A stretch of 14,905 nt of DNA from Ginkgo biloba (GCA_024626585.2 JANKJI020000004.1:117106083-117120987); one strand, 5' to 3'. Counted from the stretch's first letter, positions 1-9,772 are shown. Notes: generated by a model not told the origin, from the sequence alone. Numbers and translations are program-made.

Positions 1-739
1 GTTTGGACAAACTTTGACTAGATGCCTGTGTTCAAAACAATTATGGCATTGAAATGGAAGTTTTTTCGAAGATTGATATAAAAAATCTGCTTTATATTAC
101 CATGTATTTTTAATTTTTGCTTATTTTTTCACATTTTGGAACCATTTTTTGGTATTCTGGAATCTTTGTTGTATTCTTCAATGTATGTTTGGTTATGATT
201 ATCCGCACATTTTTAATGTTGTCTTGAATTAACGTAGTATATTTGTTATATGAATTATTATACATGTTCCTTTGGCATTCCCTTCCATTTCAGGGACATG
301 TTTCTAAGATGATCCCAAGCTGTGTTCCAAATTCCTTATAAGGATATTAATCACCATAAAATGAACTGGGGAGGATAAGAGTTTGTAGACATGCTGCAAT
401 CAAGAAAGAATATTTAAAACAATTGGAAGTTGGTCACAGAATGTCTAGGTAATGTGTAGATTCAAAATAATAGGCTAAGAGTACAGAATTGTTATATATG
501 TATAATGTTTATTCTATTGAGTTCAGAGTAAAGTCAAAAGCTAAATAGATGATATATGAATTCCAAGTTCTATAAACAATTACTAAGGCAAAGGAAACTC
601 TTTCTTAAGACTACCTAATGTGAATATCATACCAAATCAAACCAGCATAAGGCCGAGAAAGTGCCAGAACATGTTGTGGATCCAGTAGGGGGTTGGATAA
701 GAAAGGAGTTAAGCCCTTATGATAACTTTAATTACTTAC

Positions 740-774
740 CTCAGAATGTTCCAGGGTTTTACCAGGAGAATTGT
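740..774 (-). other. Predicted 35-nt exon of the minus-strand gene (probably 3' UTR)
   Basis: On the minus strand, a pyrimidine-rich acceptor TTTTCCTTGCTTTCTATTTTAAAATCTAATTAG precedes 774 and a consensus donor GAG|GTAAGTAA follows 740. Confidence 0.45.
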
Positions 775-1073
775 CTAATTAGATTTTAAAATAGAAAGCA
801 AGGAAAACAATTGAATAACGCCACAGCATTTGGTCTTGATAAATCTTTGATAGAAGGTATAAAATGTCTATGGTTTTAATCAAACTCCAATTAATGGAAA
901 CAATCAAGAACTTCAAAGGACATGGGCTTATAAACCCAGCCATCATTTCCTCATTTCTCTCTATAATTTCTAAGGTTAATATGTCTGACCATGCAGTGCG
1001 ATACATAAGCTGATATAAAAATCATCACAAATATACTCCAACAACAGCCTTTGGAATCAGTTCCAAATTAGAG

Positions 1074-2756
1074 ATGGAACGATCATTGAACAAGCCCTAG
1101 CTGAGTGGAGCGGCAACGAATGACGATGGCCGATCAACTGATCGTTGGAGTGGCGGGAGGTTTCCTCTGTCTTCTCTGACTAGGCAGTCCCAATTGTCTG
1201 GTTTTGTGACCTTGGCATCCTTTTCAGAGGGGGAGATAGTCTCTCCCTCTGACCCTTCTTTGGGCCTTAGCCCATCTTCAAAGAACCAAAAAGTCTCTAG
1301 GATTTTCTGAGCCTTTGAAGCACAACAATAGCTTGTTCCTCCAGTGAAGAGTTTGTCCTTTGTGAAGAAGCTGGCAGTCAACCCTCTTTGCAAGATACCG
1401 GTTGAAAAGGTTAGCAGCAAGCTTCTCTTTCTGAATTCAAGGGATTTAATTGGACGGTTTTGTGACCTGTGGCCAAACCCTAGAAGTTTGAAGGCGTTGG
1501 TGGAATCTTCCTAGTCGCCCATCATCACGAATACTATTGATGTTATTGGAGTAGGCTGCGACTATTTCGTGGCAATTTTCAACCCAATAGCAGAAAGGGA
1601 AACTATTTTCGACTGTGGACCTTATTTTATGGGAGGAAGTGGCCTCTACCTCGTGCATTGGCACCCAGATTTCAGCCTGTTGATGGAGATGCCATCCCTG
1701 GTTCCTGTGTGGGTACATTTACCCTTTGTACCTATCTTTTTGCAGGATGATGAAATACTCAAAATAATCGGAAACCAACTCGGCTCCTTTGTCAAAGTGG
1801 GTGAAAAGCTGAAGGATTCAGCAACAGTTTCACGTATTTGTGTCAAAGTTGATTTGGCAGTGGGGCTTTTGGAATCCATTGAGTTAGAAATCGTGTCATT
1901 CATTTTGGATAAAAAATTGGACTATGAATATCTTCCTTTCAACTGTGCACGGTGTCGTGAATATGGCCACTTTGTGTGAAACTGCCCCAAGTTTCCGGCT
2001 CAAAAAGCTCAGTCAAATCTAGTGATTAGTGAGGAGTTCTAGCCAATGAAGCGGAGAAAAACACAGAAGGAGAAATCCTCATCCCTCAATCAAGGGCAGG
2101 CAATTCCTGGGCCTAGCAAATCAAACTGTTTTGGGCTCCTTAATCAGATCTCTGAAGAAAACACTGCCTTCATAGGAGAAACTGCAGATTTAAGGAAGGG
2201 ATAAGAATCCCTTACTGAACGAGATTTAGACTCTGCCAAGATAACTGAGGGTTCCAAAGAGGATAGGATCTTTGACAGATCACCTGTCAAATAGGGAAGC
2301 GGATGAATCCCCAAGTAAGAAATCACAGGACCCTAATAGCATTGCTCCGAAAAATAGCTCACTGGGTAAAAATTGGAAGACTCAATCTCCAAGGAAATCA
2401 AGCCATTGGGTGGATGAATCAGATTATCCTCAGCTCCCTCAAGAAGCAATCTTGACTGGAGCGAAAAGGCCTCACCTCTCATCAAAATAGGATCCTTTTG
2501 GATGATGCCATTGTAAATGAGGGGTGTACTCCTACCCCCTTTACTCTTTCTGCTCAGTCACTCCCAGAAGAAAATGATGTTGATCCAAGATCCCTCCAAT
2601 TATTCAAGGAACCCTGCTCTTTTGATACAGGTGTCCGTTAGAACGTGGCCGGAGACAAAAACAGACCAAAGTAGCTATAGTGGAGGGCTCCCAGCAAGTC
2701 TGGAGGATTCTTTCCTCAGAACCAGAAAAAACAACAACAATAATAACAACAAATGA
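1074..2756 (+). pseudogene. L1 ORF1p pseudogene (DUF4283/RRM-like region, CX2CX4HX4C zinc knuckle, low-complexity C-terminus)
   Basis: One frame from ATG 1074 reads LIGRFCDLWPNPRSLKALVESS*SP...GPYFMGGSGLYLVHWHPDF...VPVWVHLPFVP...RICVKVDL...LDYEYLPFNCARCREYGHFV*NCPK. In-frame stops at 1098, 1308, 1329, 1512, 1977, 2040 and 2202; probable frameshifts after ~2280. Ends ...SLEDSFLRTRKNNNNNNNK* at TGA 2754-2756. Confidence 0.9.
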
Positions 2757-2887
2757 AGTTATTCTCTTGGAATATCAGGGGACTTGGGTCCTCTGACAAG
2801 AGAACGGCATTAAGAAGGAAAACCCGGGATGAAAAACCAAACTTAGTTCTGGTCCAGGAAACCAAACTCTCTGGTCAAATTAGTTAA
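2753..2887 (+). pseudogene. L1 ORF2 N-terminal stub (start of the APE-type endonuclease), 44 aa
   Basis: MKLFSWNIRGLGSSDKRTALRRKTRDEKPNLVLVQETKLSGQIS* contains the SWNIRGL and QETK endonuclease motifs. Similarity ends right after QETK. Confidence 0.9.
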
Positions 2888-3068
2888 TTCTAGTGTTAGA
2901 ATTTTTCCAATGCTACAGGTTAGTTTGGTGGTTTGGCGCTATATGTCAATTCTATTGTTATACTCCTGAGTGGTTTGGCACACGGGAGTTATGATATGTA
3001 AAATGATGTATTTTGATATTTGAGAATTAATAGAATCTTTTTTTGACTGCAAAAAAACAAAAAACAAA
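2888..3068 (+). other. LINE 3' UTR and decayed poly(A) tail
   Basis: T/G-rich tract, then AATTAATAGAA (polyadenylation-signal-like, ~3025-3035), then AAAAAAACAAAAAACAAA at 3051-3068. Confidence 0.6.
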
Positions 3069-3316
3069 TTCACAATCCCAAGACCTCAATGAGGCAACAA
3101 TTAAATGCTGACACCCCAACGAAGAGACCTAGAGAGCTCCCAAGGCCTGATTAAAATGAACAGACCAAAACTTATAATGGGAAGCACTATATAGTTGCAT
3201 AATGCCAGAGAGATGAATATGAAAAATAAACACACACTCTTCCGGCCCATAGTTACACAACAAATTTAATACATGACTCAAACTAACAAGGAACAAAGAG
3301 ATGAACAGAAGGATAC

Positions 3317-3378
3317 CTGCTCATGAGGATACAAGAAGAGGATTGAAAGAACCTCACAAAATACAGTCCTTATCAAAC
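3317..3378 (-). other. Predicted 62-nt exon of the minus-strand gene (3' UTR or alternative coding exon)
   Basis: Acceptor GTGTACAG|GTTTG and donor GCAG|GTATCC on the minus strand. Only one frame is open: (G)LIRTVFCEVLSILFLYPHEQ. Confidence 0.55.
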
Positions 3379-3532
3379 CTGTACACATGTCTAAACACAA
3401 TCCCAAGACGTTAACTAAATATTACAACAAATTAGAGTTTCATTGTCCCTGTTTGCATGTAGAGAAGTGCTGAATTCTTTGAAACTTAAAACTCCAAGCA
3501 TAAAGAAATCAAGAGAGTGCCTCAAACATTAC

Positions 3533-3591
3533 CTGAAAGCATAAAGAATGATATTCTGTAGGGGCTAGTAACACCTACACGTCAAACTTTC
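3533..3591 (-). other. Predicted 59-nt non-coding (3' UTR) exon of the minus-strand gene
   Basis: Acceptor TTTTAGTTTGCAG|GAAAG and donor TTTCAG|GTAATG. Stop codons occur in all three frames. Confidence 0.55.
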
Positions 3592-4123
3592 CTGCAAACT
3601 AAAATTGTCAATCCTGTTCTTTCTGAAGCTGATTTGCTGCTCTTTCTTTACTCTGGAAAAACCAAAAAAATACTAGAGACAGAAAACAATAGAGAGAACG
3701 GGTTTGAAAAAACAATATAATGAAGACGATTAATGAAGTTATAACAAATTTTAAGTCAACTGCAACTCTCTCTGAAACGTCTATGCACATATAGAATTCA
3801 TTCTTTCATAAATTCATCATGCACAATAAACAGAGTACTGTATCATCTATTTTCTATTGAAAATGGAAGACACAAAAAATAGAACATAATGATCATTTGT
3901 TGTCTATTGGGAGTGCAAGAAACAAATAGTATAGGCTCGGTTCCACTTCTTGCAACCATACGTCTTTGTTGGACCAGAATTGTTGAATGCAGAAGAGAAA
4001 GTACGTAAGGTCTTTTTTCTTGTTCCTAAATGAAAGAAGTCCTGCTGGCAACACAACCATAAATTAAAAATGTGATAAAATAGGGCCACATCATCAGAAG
4101 TTGAAAACATGATTGGCAATTAC

Positions 4124-4193
4124 CTGTCTCAGAAAGCATGAGGTAGAATACTGTGACAGAATAACCGCTGTTGAAGTCACAAAAAGAATTGAA
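4124..4193 (-). CDS. Predicted stop-containing exon of the unidentified minus-strand gene (coding 4193-4177: FQFFL*)
   Basis: Acceptor AAAACTGTGCAG|TTC and donor GACAG|GTAATT. A phase-1 join from exon 4483-4400 gives F-Q-F-F-L then TGA at 4179-4177. Confidence 0.55.
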
Positions 4194-4399
4194 CTGCACA
4201 GTTTTAAATAGGTACGAAGGATCAATCCAATGCCAAACTCAGGTTCTCCAAAAAATTACAAAGATTCAGGCCACTGCCAAGGATTGGATCAATGCTAAAC
4301 TCAGGTTCCCCAAGAAATTACGAACACTAAGGCAGCTCCATCTCATTAAATTTCTTAAATATATTTTGGATGCATGCATACATAAAATTTTCATTTTAC

Positions 4400-4483
4400 A
4401 TTCTGAAATGGCTTTGACATCAATGCCACAGGGTAGCAGCAGGTTTAAAGAGTTCAGAATCCTCTTCCAGAACTGAACATCAT
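4400..4483 (-). CDS. Internal coding exon of an unidentified protein: (N)DVQFWKRILNSLNLLLPCGIDVKAISE
   Basis: Acceptor CTAACATGTAG|AT and donor GAAT|GTAAAA. 84 nt, one open frame, phase-compatible with both neighbouring exons. Confidence 0.65.
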
Positions 4484-4547
4484 CTACATGTTAGACATAT
4501 CAACTAAAAACTAAATGAAAATTTTATTTCTTTATTTGCCAAAGGCT

Positions 4548-5017
4548 AGTGAGATTTCAGGGATGAAAATTGACCATTATAGGGATAACAGTGAGCCAAA
4601 AACAAGAAGACCTGAAACTTTGGGAGAAAACCCTCTCGCCAATATTCTTACCTTGCCACGATTCACACAACCTCAATAATCGTCAGTGTGAATCAATGCA
4701 CTAGAGCGCAATGCGTGAGTCATTAAGATAGTTTAATGCAAGTCATTAATCACCTATCACAATGAACCCACTACCTTCTTCATTACTCCATTTCTTATGG
4801 GAATTCGCCAAATCAACTGCCATATCAAATATCCCTTCCATGCGCGCAAAAATCACATTGCATGTTATATGTGCAGCCCCAAATCAATCCCAAGGATATA
4901 ACAAAAATATATACATCATATGTGTCATCGACCAATATGAGGTGGTAAACATAATTTTAAATATAATATGATATCCTTTCGACAATAAACCAAAAATTCT
5001 ACCATAGGGGTCTCACA
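4548..5017. mobile_element. Probable solo LTR or LTR remnant in an intron
   Basis: Ends GGGGTCTCACA at 5007-5017. AGTGAGATTTC at 4548 could be a decayed TGTGAGACCCC inverted terminus. No target-site duplication was found. Confidence 0.4.
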
Positions 5018-5053
5018 ACAATCATAACATATGGAGTTCACAACCTTACAAAC

Positions 5054-5147
5054 TTCCCTGTGCAATGAAGCTTAACTTCAAGTGTTGCCTAATCACATCG
5101 TCTCGCCACCACATAGGCACATAATCCTGACATATTTCAAGAGATGA
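5054..5147 (-). CDS. Internal coding exon of an unidentified protein: SSLEICQDYVPMWWRDDVIRQHLKLSFIAQG
   Basis: Acceptor TTTTTTATGCTTCAG|TCA. Donor GGAA|GTTTGT (phase 1) joins in frame to exon 4483-4400. Confidence 0.65.
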
Positions 5148-5346
5148 CTGAAGCATAAAAAATGCATTCGAAATCCTTTTAATACATGAGGAATATGCAT
5201 ATATAAAAGAAAGAAGAAAATCTTGAGTGGGGTCCTCCTTTCCCTTTCCGAGGTGATTTTGACAGAGCTGGGTAATTGGAGGTTTTTTTATATTTTTATA
5301 GTCTTCATATAAAAATTTACATGGGGTCATGAATGGACCTCAACAC

Positions 5347-6080
5347 CTGGGCATTAGAAGGTTGGGGGACTTGGCGATGGCCCTAGGGGAAAAATAGGCT
5401 TGGAGATTAGGCACAATACCACCTTCTCTCTTGAAATACATTTTGATGAATAAGTACTACAAAGGTATTTTTAGATAGTATTTTTTATGGTATTATAATA
5501 CTTATAATTATGGATCTATGTTATGGGAGAAAAATCCTCTAAGATTTTCCCTTGATTCAGGACCATTTATCTTGGATTCCTAGTAATGGAAGGAGCATAC
5601 ACATGTTTGATGAAGCCTTTCTGGGGGAGGATCCCTTGGTAAAGTAATTGGAGATATACTCACTAAGGGAATGGTTTTAGTTCAAGGGAAGAGACAGAGT
5701 AGTAGAATTCATAAAGGAGAAAGTGATAATTGGCCCCAGGGGAAGATTCTCTTCTTATTATTGGAAAATCCTAGAGGACTGACCATACCTTCTTGAGGTG
5801 ATTAAGGATGAATATAAGGGAATGATGGTATTCCTTAAGAAGATATAACATTTATTTTTAGGGGAGGAGGATAGAGTGGCCTGGGTGGGAAGGAGAGGTC
5901 AAAATATTTATTCGATCAAGGGTGGCTATGAGGTCCTAGAGATAAAAAAAGATGGGCTTACAAATAGGAGATAGATGACTATATAGGATTCTTCAAGCAT
6001 CCCAAAGGTAAACCTTTTTTTTTTGTTAGCATTTCATAATTCCATCCTCATTGTAGATAATCTGAGGAGGAGGGATTTTT
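5347..6080 (+). mobile_element. 5'-truncated degenerate L1 ORF2 fragment (post-RT region and zf-RVT), cut by a gap
   Basis: Motifs in the expected order: LGIRRLGDLAMALGEK*AWRL (5347), PSNGRSIHMFDEAFLG (~5578), EEDRVAW, YSIKGGYE (~5910), IPKVNLFF.LAFHNSILIVDNLRRR (~6000-6075). Confidence 0.85.
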
Positions 6081-6769
6081 NNNNNNNNNNNNNNNNNNNN
6101 NNNNNNNNNNNNNNNNNNNNNNNNNNNNNNNNNNNNNNNNNNNNNNNNNNNNNNNNNNNNNNNNNNNNNNNNNNNNNNNNTTTCATACTTTTTATGTTCA
6201 ACAGCTATATTCAACTAATTTAAGGGCTGTAGTCACTGCCTAATCTGTAATTACAATCAATCCTTATCAGAAGTACTGAATTTGTATTGGCTTTGCACCG
6301 ACTTCTGTAATGGATATGCAAAAGTCCCTTGCCAGGGTCCTTAAATAGCATGCAAAATTTCTGTTTAGATATAATTAACCAAATTTACTTACTAGACTTT
6401 TCCTTATAGGCTTATATTATGGAGAATTTGAAGTCTTGTTCATACGCTACAAGGATATGGTGTTTATGTATCTGCTATTCTCACCCACTTTGAAGATTGT
6501 ATCTTTTAGCTTGAAAAGTGACCATCATACAGCAACCTAGAGGTTATTCAAAGAAGTGAGTTATGGACCTCCCTTTAGAGAAGGATAAATCCGTTAATGA
6601 GATAAAATAGGTGGAGAAGTTTGGTGTACTGATGGAACATACAAAAATGAAAACAGGGAATTTTACCAGGCCTAAAATGCTTTTTGGCTTAGTGCAAACG
6701 TCAAAAGACATCAAGCATGTTGTAAGCCCGTATATTCCCATTCCCTATTCACTGTCTTAACAATGGTTA

Positions 6770-7110
6770 GTGTAAATTTGAGTTTGTATTAGGCAGAATA
6801 AAGTCTGGTATTTTTGGAGGTATATAAGGATATGTGCAATAGTGAGTTTGCATCACACATTTTGTAGTAATCTCCTTGCAAGATTCAGTGGACTCGGACA
6901 TGACACGCTATAGCTTGTAGAAGGCTAAGTAGGTTTTATGAACATAATAACATGTTGGAAGCTAGTTATCTTGTAGAAACAGCTAGAAGTATCTTGTGAT
7001 CTGTGGTCTTGTTTGTATGTGGCTTGATCAACAAGCAAGTAGGTGACTTGCTCAAGAAGCTGGAAAATCTGGCTTGACCAACAAGCAAGATTTCTCTCCA
7101 AGCTTCCAAT
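6770..7110 (+). repeat. LTR-like non-coding segment with short direct repeats
   Basis: TATATAAGG at ~6821; TGGCTTGA(T/C)CAACAAGCAAG at 7020-7039 and 7070-7089; repeated CTTGTAGAA motifs. Termini not defined. Confidence 0.3.
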
Positions 7111-8160
7111 TATTTATACTAGAGACTTGAGGACAACAATAGAAGACAGTGGATACTGAGTTTTTTCCATTGTTACTTCTTGGAGATTGGCTGTCCCTGG
7201 CAATTTGGGCTGTCTTACTCTTGAAAATGAGAAGCTGGTTTTCTTTAGTATTACAGGTTACATCAAGTTCCAGAACTTGCTTTTATATGTTACCACATTC
7301 AGTTACTTCATAAGTGGTTTGTTTGTACGAGTCTTTGAAATTTTGAGCCACAGAACTATTAGCAGGATAAGATATTATGAGGTAGCATTTCATTTTATAC
7401 AGTTGTCCAACTGTTTCCTTAAGCAGATTTTATCCACTATGTGGGCTGGTTTAAAGTCTTTCCTCAAGGCACTTGAACTGGGAACTTATAAGGAGCCTCG
7501 AGATCATATTAAATGGACATTTACAAGAAGAATATATACAATACAGATGTCAGATGAAAAACCCTTAGCAGGTTTATCTTCAGAGAGAGGAACTTTTTCC
7601 AACACGGCTATTCAAATGATTGGTGACATAATCTGATTCAATTCAATTTTCTGCAGCCATGGCTCTCTTCTGAAACAACCACACTCTTTGATTGCATATT
7701 GTTTTGGTTCTTCTACAAGATTCCTTGTACCTTTCTGATTGATGCAACTGATCTCTGTTCGCCAAAAACTACTCCTCTTGCATGTAGTAGAACAAAGTTT
7801 CCTCCATGTATCCCCATGTTCTATCACTTTCAACTATTAAATTATATGAGGTACTATTGGCTTAAGTCTTTCAACCTAGTTATTATAACATGTGCATGCA
7901 TGGTGTATTACTATGAGGACATTATTATAATAGTTATAGTATGGAGGACTCTTCTCGCCCTTTGCTAGTCGTATCCAAATCCAACGAAATTTTAGACATT
8001 TTAGTGGTTCATCCTCCACCAGGGTCTAGCCATAAGATTGAGACTTCAGAAACTTGCAAANNNNNNNNNNNNNNNNNNNNNNNNNNNNNNNNNNNNNNNN
8101 NNNNNNNNNNNNNNNNNNNNNNNNNNNNNNNNNNNNNNNNNNNNNNNNNNNNNNNNNNNN

Positions 8161-8654
8161 TATTTTCTATAACATGGTATCAAAGCCCACAGGCTAGAGC
8201 TAGGGTTCTGTGAGGGCATGGAGACCTAGGGACTACTATCAACAGTGACAAATTCGAAAGACGCCAGGGTGACACAAGAGATTCAAAGGAGGAAGAACCA
8301 ATTTTTTTAGTACCTTGCACCCAAAATTTTTTCGGGTAAGAATTTTTTAGGATTAGAATTTAAGCATTGTCTCATACCTAGATTTCTAAAAGGATAAAAT
8401 CGATTTCCTTGAAGTTGTACGACAGCCAAGAGGGTTTTCTTGGAATTTGAGCCACCAACAGTATTTTTGCATTGGAATTTGAGCCACCAAGAGTTTTTCT
8501 TGGAAAACATGCCATTAAGGATTGAATCTAGGGTGCACATGTGAATTGGAGGGTGTACGGCTTACTACTACAGTGTACGGCCTGTTGTACGATTTAAAAC
8601 AACAGGTATACGGCCAGATTTAGAGGAGTACGACCTACTGAAAGAAGTACGGCC
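8161..8654 (+). mobile_element. LTR retrotransposon: end of 5' LTR, tRNA-iMet primer-binding site and repetitive leader
   Basis: ...TAACA (8174) is immediately followed by TGGTATCAAAGC (8175-8186), one mismatch from TGGTATCAGAGC. ~30-bp tandem repeats with TTGGAATTTGAGCCACCAA at 8426-8505; several GTACG(G/A) repeats at 8554-8652. Confidence 0.75.
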
Positions 8655-8760
8655 ATAATTTAGAAGAGTACAACTAATAAAATGCATAACCCTCTCTTTC
8701 CCTTTGTCATCTTTTTGAGTTAATATACCCCCAACATAAAATTTAATCATATAGGTGTAG
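8655..8760 (-). pseudogene. Ty3/gypsy RNase H fragment
   Basis: VGGILTQKDDKGKERVMHFISCTLLNY matches the recalled gypsy RNase H motif (A)VGAVL.Q..D.G.E..I.Y.S..L..YE. Confidence 0.75.
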
Positions 8761-8867
8761 TAAGGTTAATCAAAACCTTTAAAATATAAGAGGAAATATT
8801 AATGATATCATTCATCCTAAGTTGGGCATAATATCCAACCTTTATACATGATTGTTTTCATGTTTCT

Positions 8868-9134
8868 TTATGATTTAACATTCTGCATTGATATAGGTAG
8901 CATTCTTTCCAAACTTGCCATACATTTAATGATGGTCTGTTTTAACTGTGTCATACTCCATGAAACATCTATTGAGAAATAAATTCGGGTACAAGTCTCA
9001 AGTGTTCTAAGTAGCACATTTGTCATCACAATATGGAGAACAAATTTACAATCCTTGTTTCTCATGTTTTTTGATATCAGAGAAAATTGTATGTCATTCA
9101 TAAATGCTATAATTGCTATTATAAGCATGCCCAA
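8868..9134 (-). pseudogene. Possible CACTA/En-Spm-type transposase fragment
   Basis: QLKQTIIKCMASLERMLPISMQNV loosely resembles the recalled L..L...I...LC.LE..FPPSFF region of CACTA transposases. The expected downstream HL..HL motif is absent. Confidence 0.25.
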
Positions 9135-9772
9135 TTATGGTTAGAATAAATAATTGCATCAAGGTTCACATGCCTCTTCTGGAAAACTGTTAAGGGTTTT
9201 TACTTTCTAATTGTTGTAAGTTGGTATTCCAGTCTTAAATGATTCTCTGATCTCCTTTTTTTTTTTTTTTTATTGATGATTCAAGAAATGGGGAATTTCA
9301 TTTAACAGTCTGTTCAANNNNNNNNNNNNNNNNNNTGTCTGCAATTCAAAGTTCACTAATGATAACTCGTTCCAGCTTTTATTAGTAAAGAATTAGTCTA
9401 CCAACTTTGGTCATCCAAAAACTGAATGCCTAAAAAGTGACTTTAACTCTGGTTTATTCCCTTAGGTTAAAACCTGTGGCTGCTGCCTATCATCTTTTAA
9501 AAGGTATTCTGGGTAGTTCATTAGGAAAAACATCCTTAAATTCTTGTGTGAAGGTCAATCTNNNNNNNNNNNNNNNNNNNNNNNNNNNNNNNNAATATTT
9601 TTAATTCCAAAGATTTGTTCACAACTTGTTTTTCCATACTTAGACGATTTGCAATTGTATCCTCACAGTATCAATCCATCTGATGTTCCCAGTTTTGTCA
9701 TGGTATTTATGCTTGGATCTTTATTGAACTTATCATTCTCAATTAATTATGCTGACAGTTTGTAATCTGCAG

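Larger units (their letters stand above)
1050..3068 (+). mobile_element. Degenerate L1-clade LINE: ORF1, ORF2 stub, 3' UTR and A-rich tail (5' boundary approximate)
   Basis: Collinear ORF1 (DUF4283-like plus zinc knuckle), endonuclease N-terminus, T-rich 3' UTR and A tail at 3051-3068. GC content rises near 1070 relative to the flanking intron. Confidence 0.9.

Noticed and set aside
1-340. Possible decayed DNA-transposon end
   Set aside because: T-rich with no identifiable terminal repeat or target-site duplication.
1097-2326. Minus-strand ORFs 1097-1420, 1446-1718, 1646-1903 and 2144-2326
   Set aside because: Antisense shadows of L1 ORF1.
1012-3085. Target-site duplication for the L1 (AAAAATCATCACAAAT versus AAAAACAAATTCACAATC)
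   Set aside because: Only loose A-rich similarity; cannot be distinguished from chance.
3071-3409. 14-bp repeat CACAATCCCAAGAC at 3071 and 3396
   Set aside because: Two copies only. It does not flank the LINE, so it is not its target-site duplication, and it is not array-like.
4660-4694. 9-bp inverted repeat GATTCACAC...GTGTGAATC
   Set aside because: Too short for a miRNA or other structured RNA call; lies within an LTR-like remnant.
7187-7636. 149-aa ORF, the longest in the track
   Set aside because: Non-ATG start, no recognisable domain, and it reads through intron-like T-rich segments.
8426-8652. Short spaced repeats resembling a CRISPR array
   Set aside because: Eukaryotic context, degenerate tandem units without unique spacers, located in a retrotransposon leader.
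9466-9503. 38-nt AG/GT-bounded segment as the preceding UPF3 coding exon
   Set aside because: It has TAA in the frame needed to join 9773 and no UPF3-like peptide.
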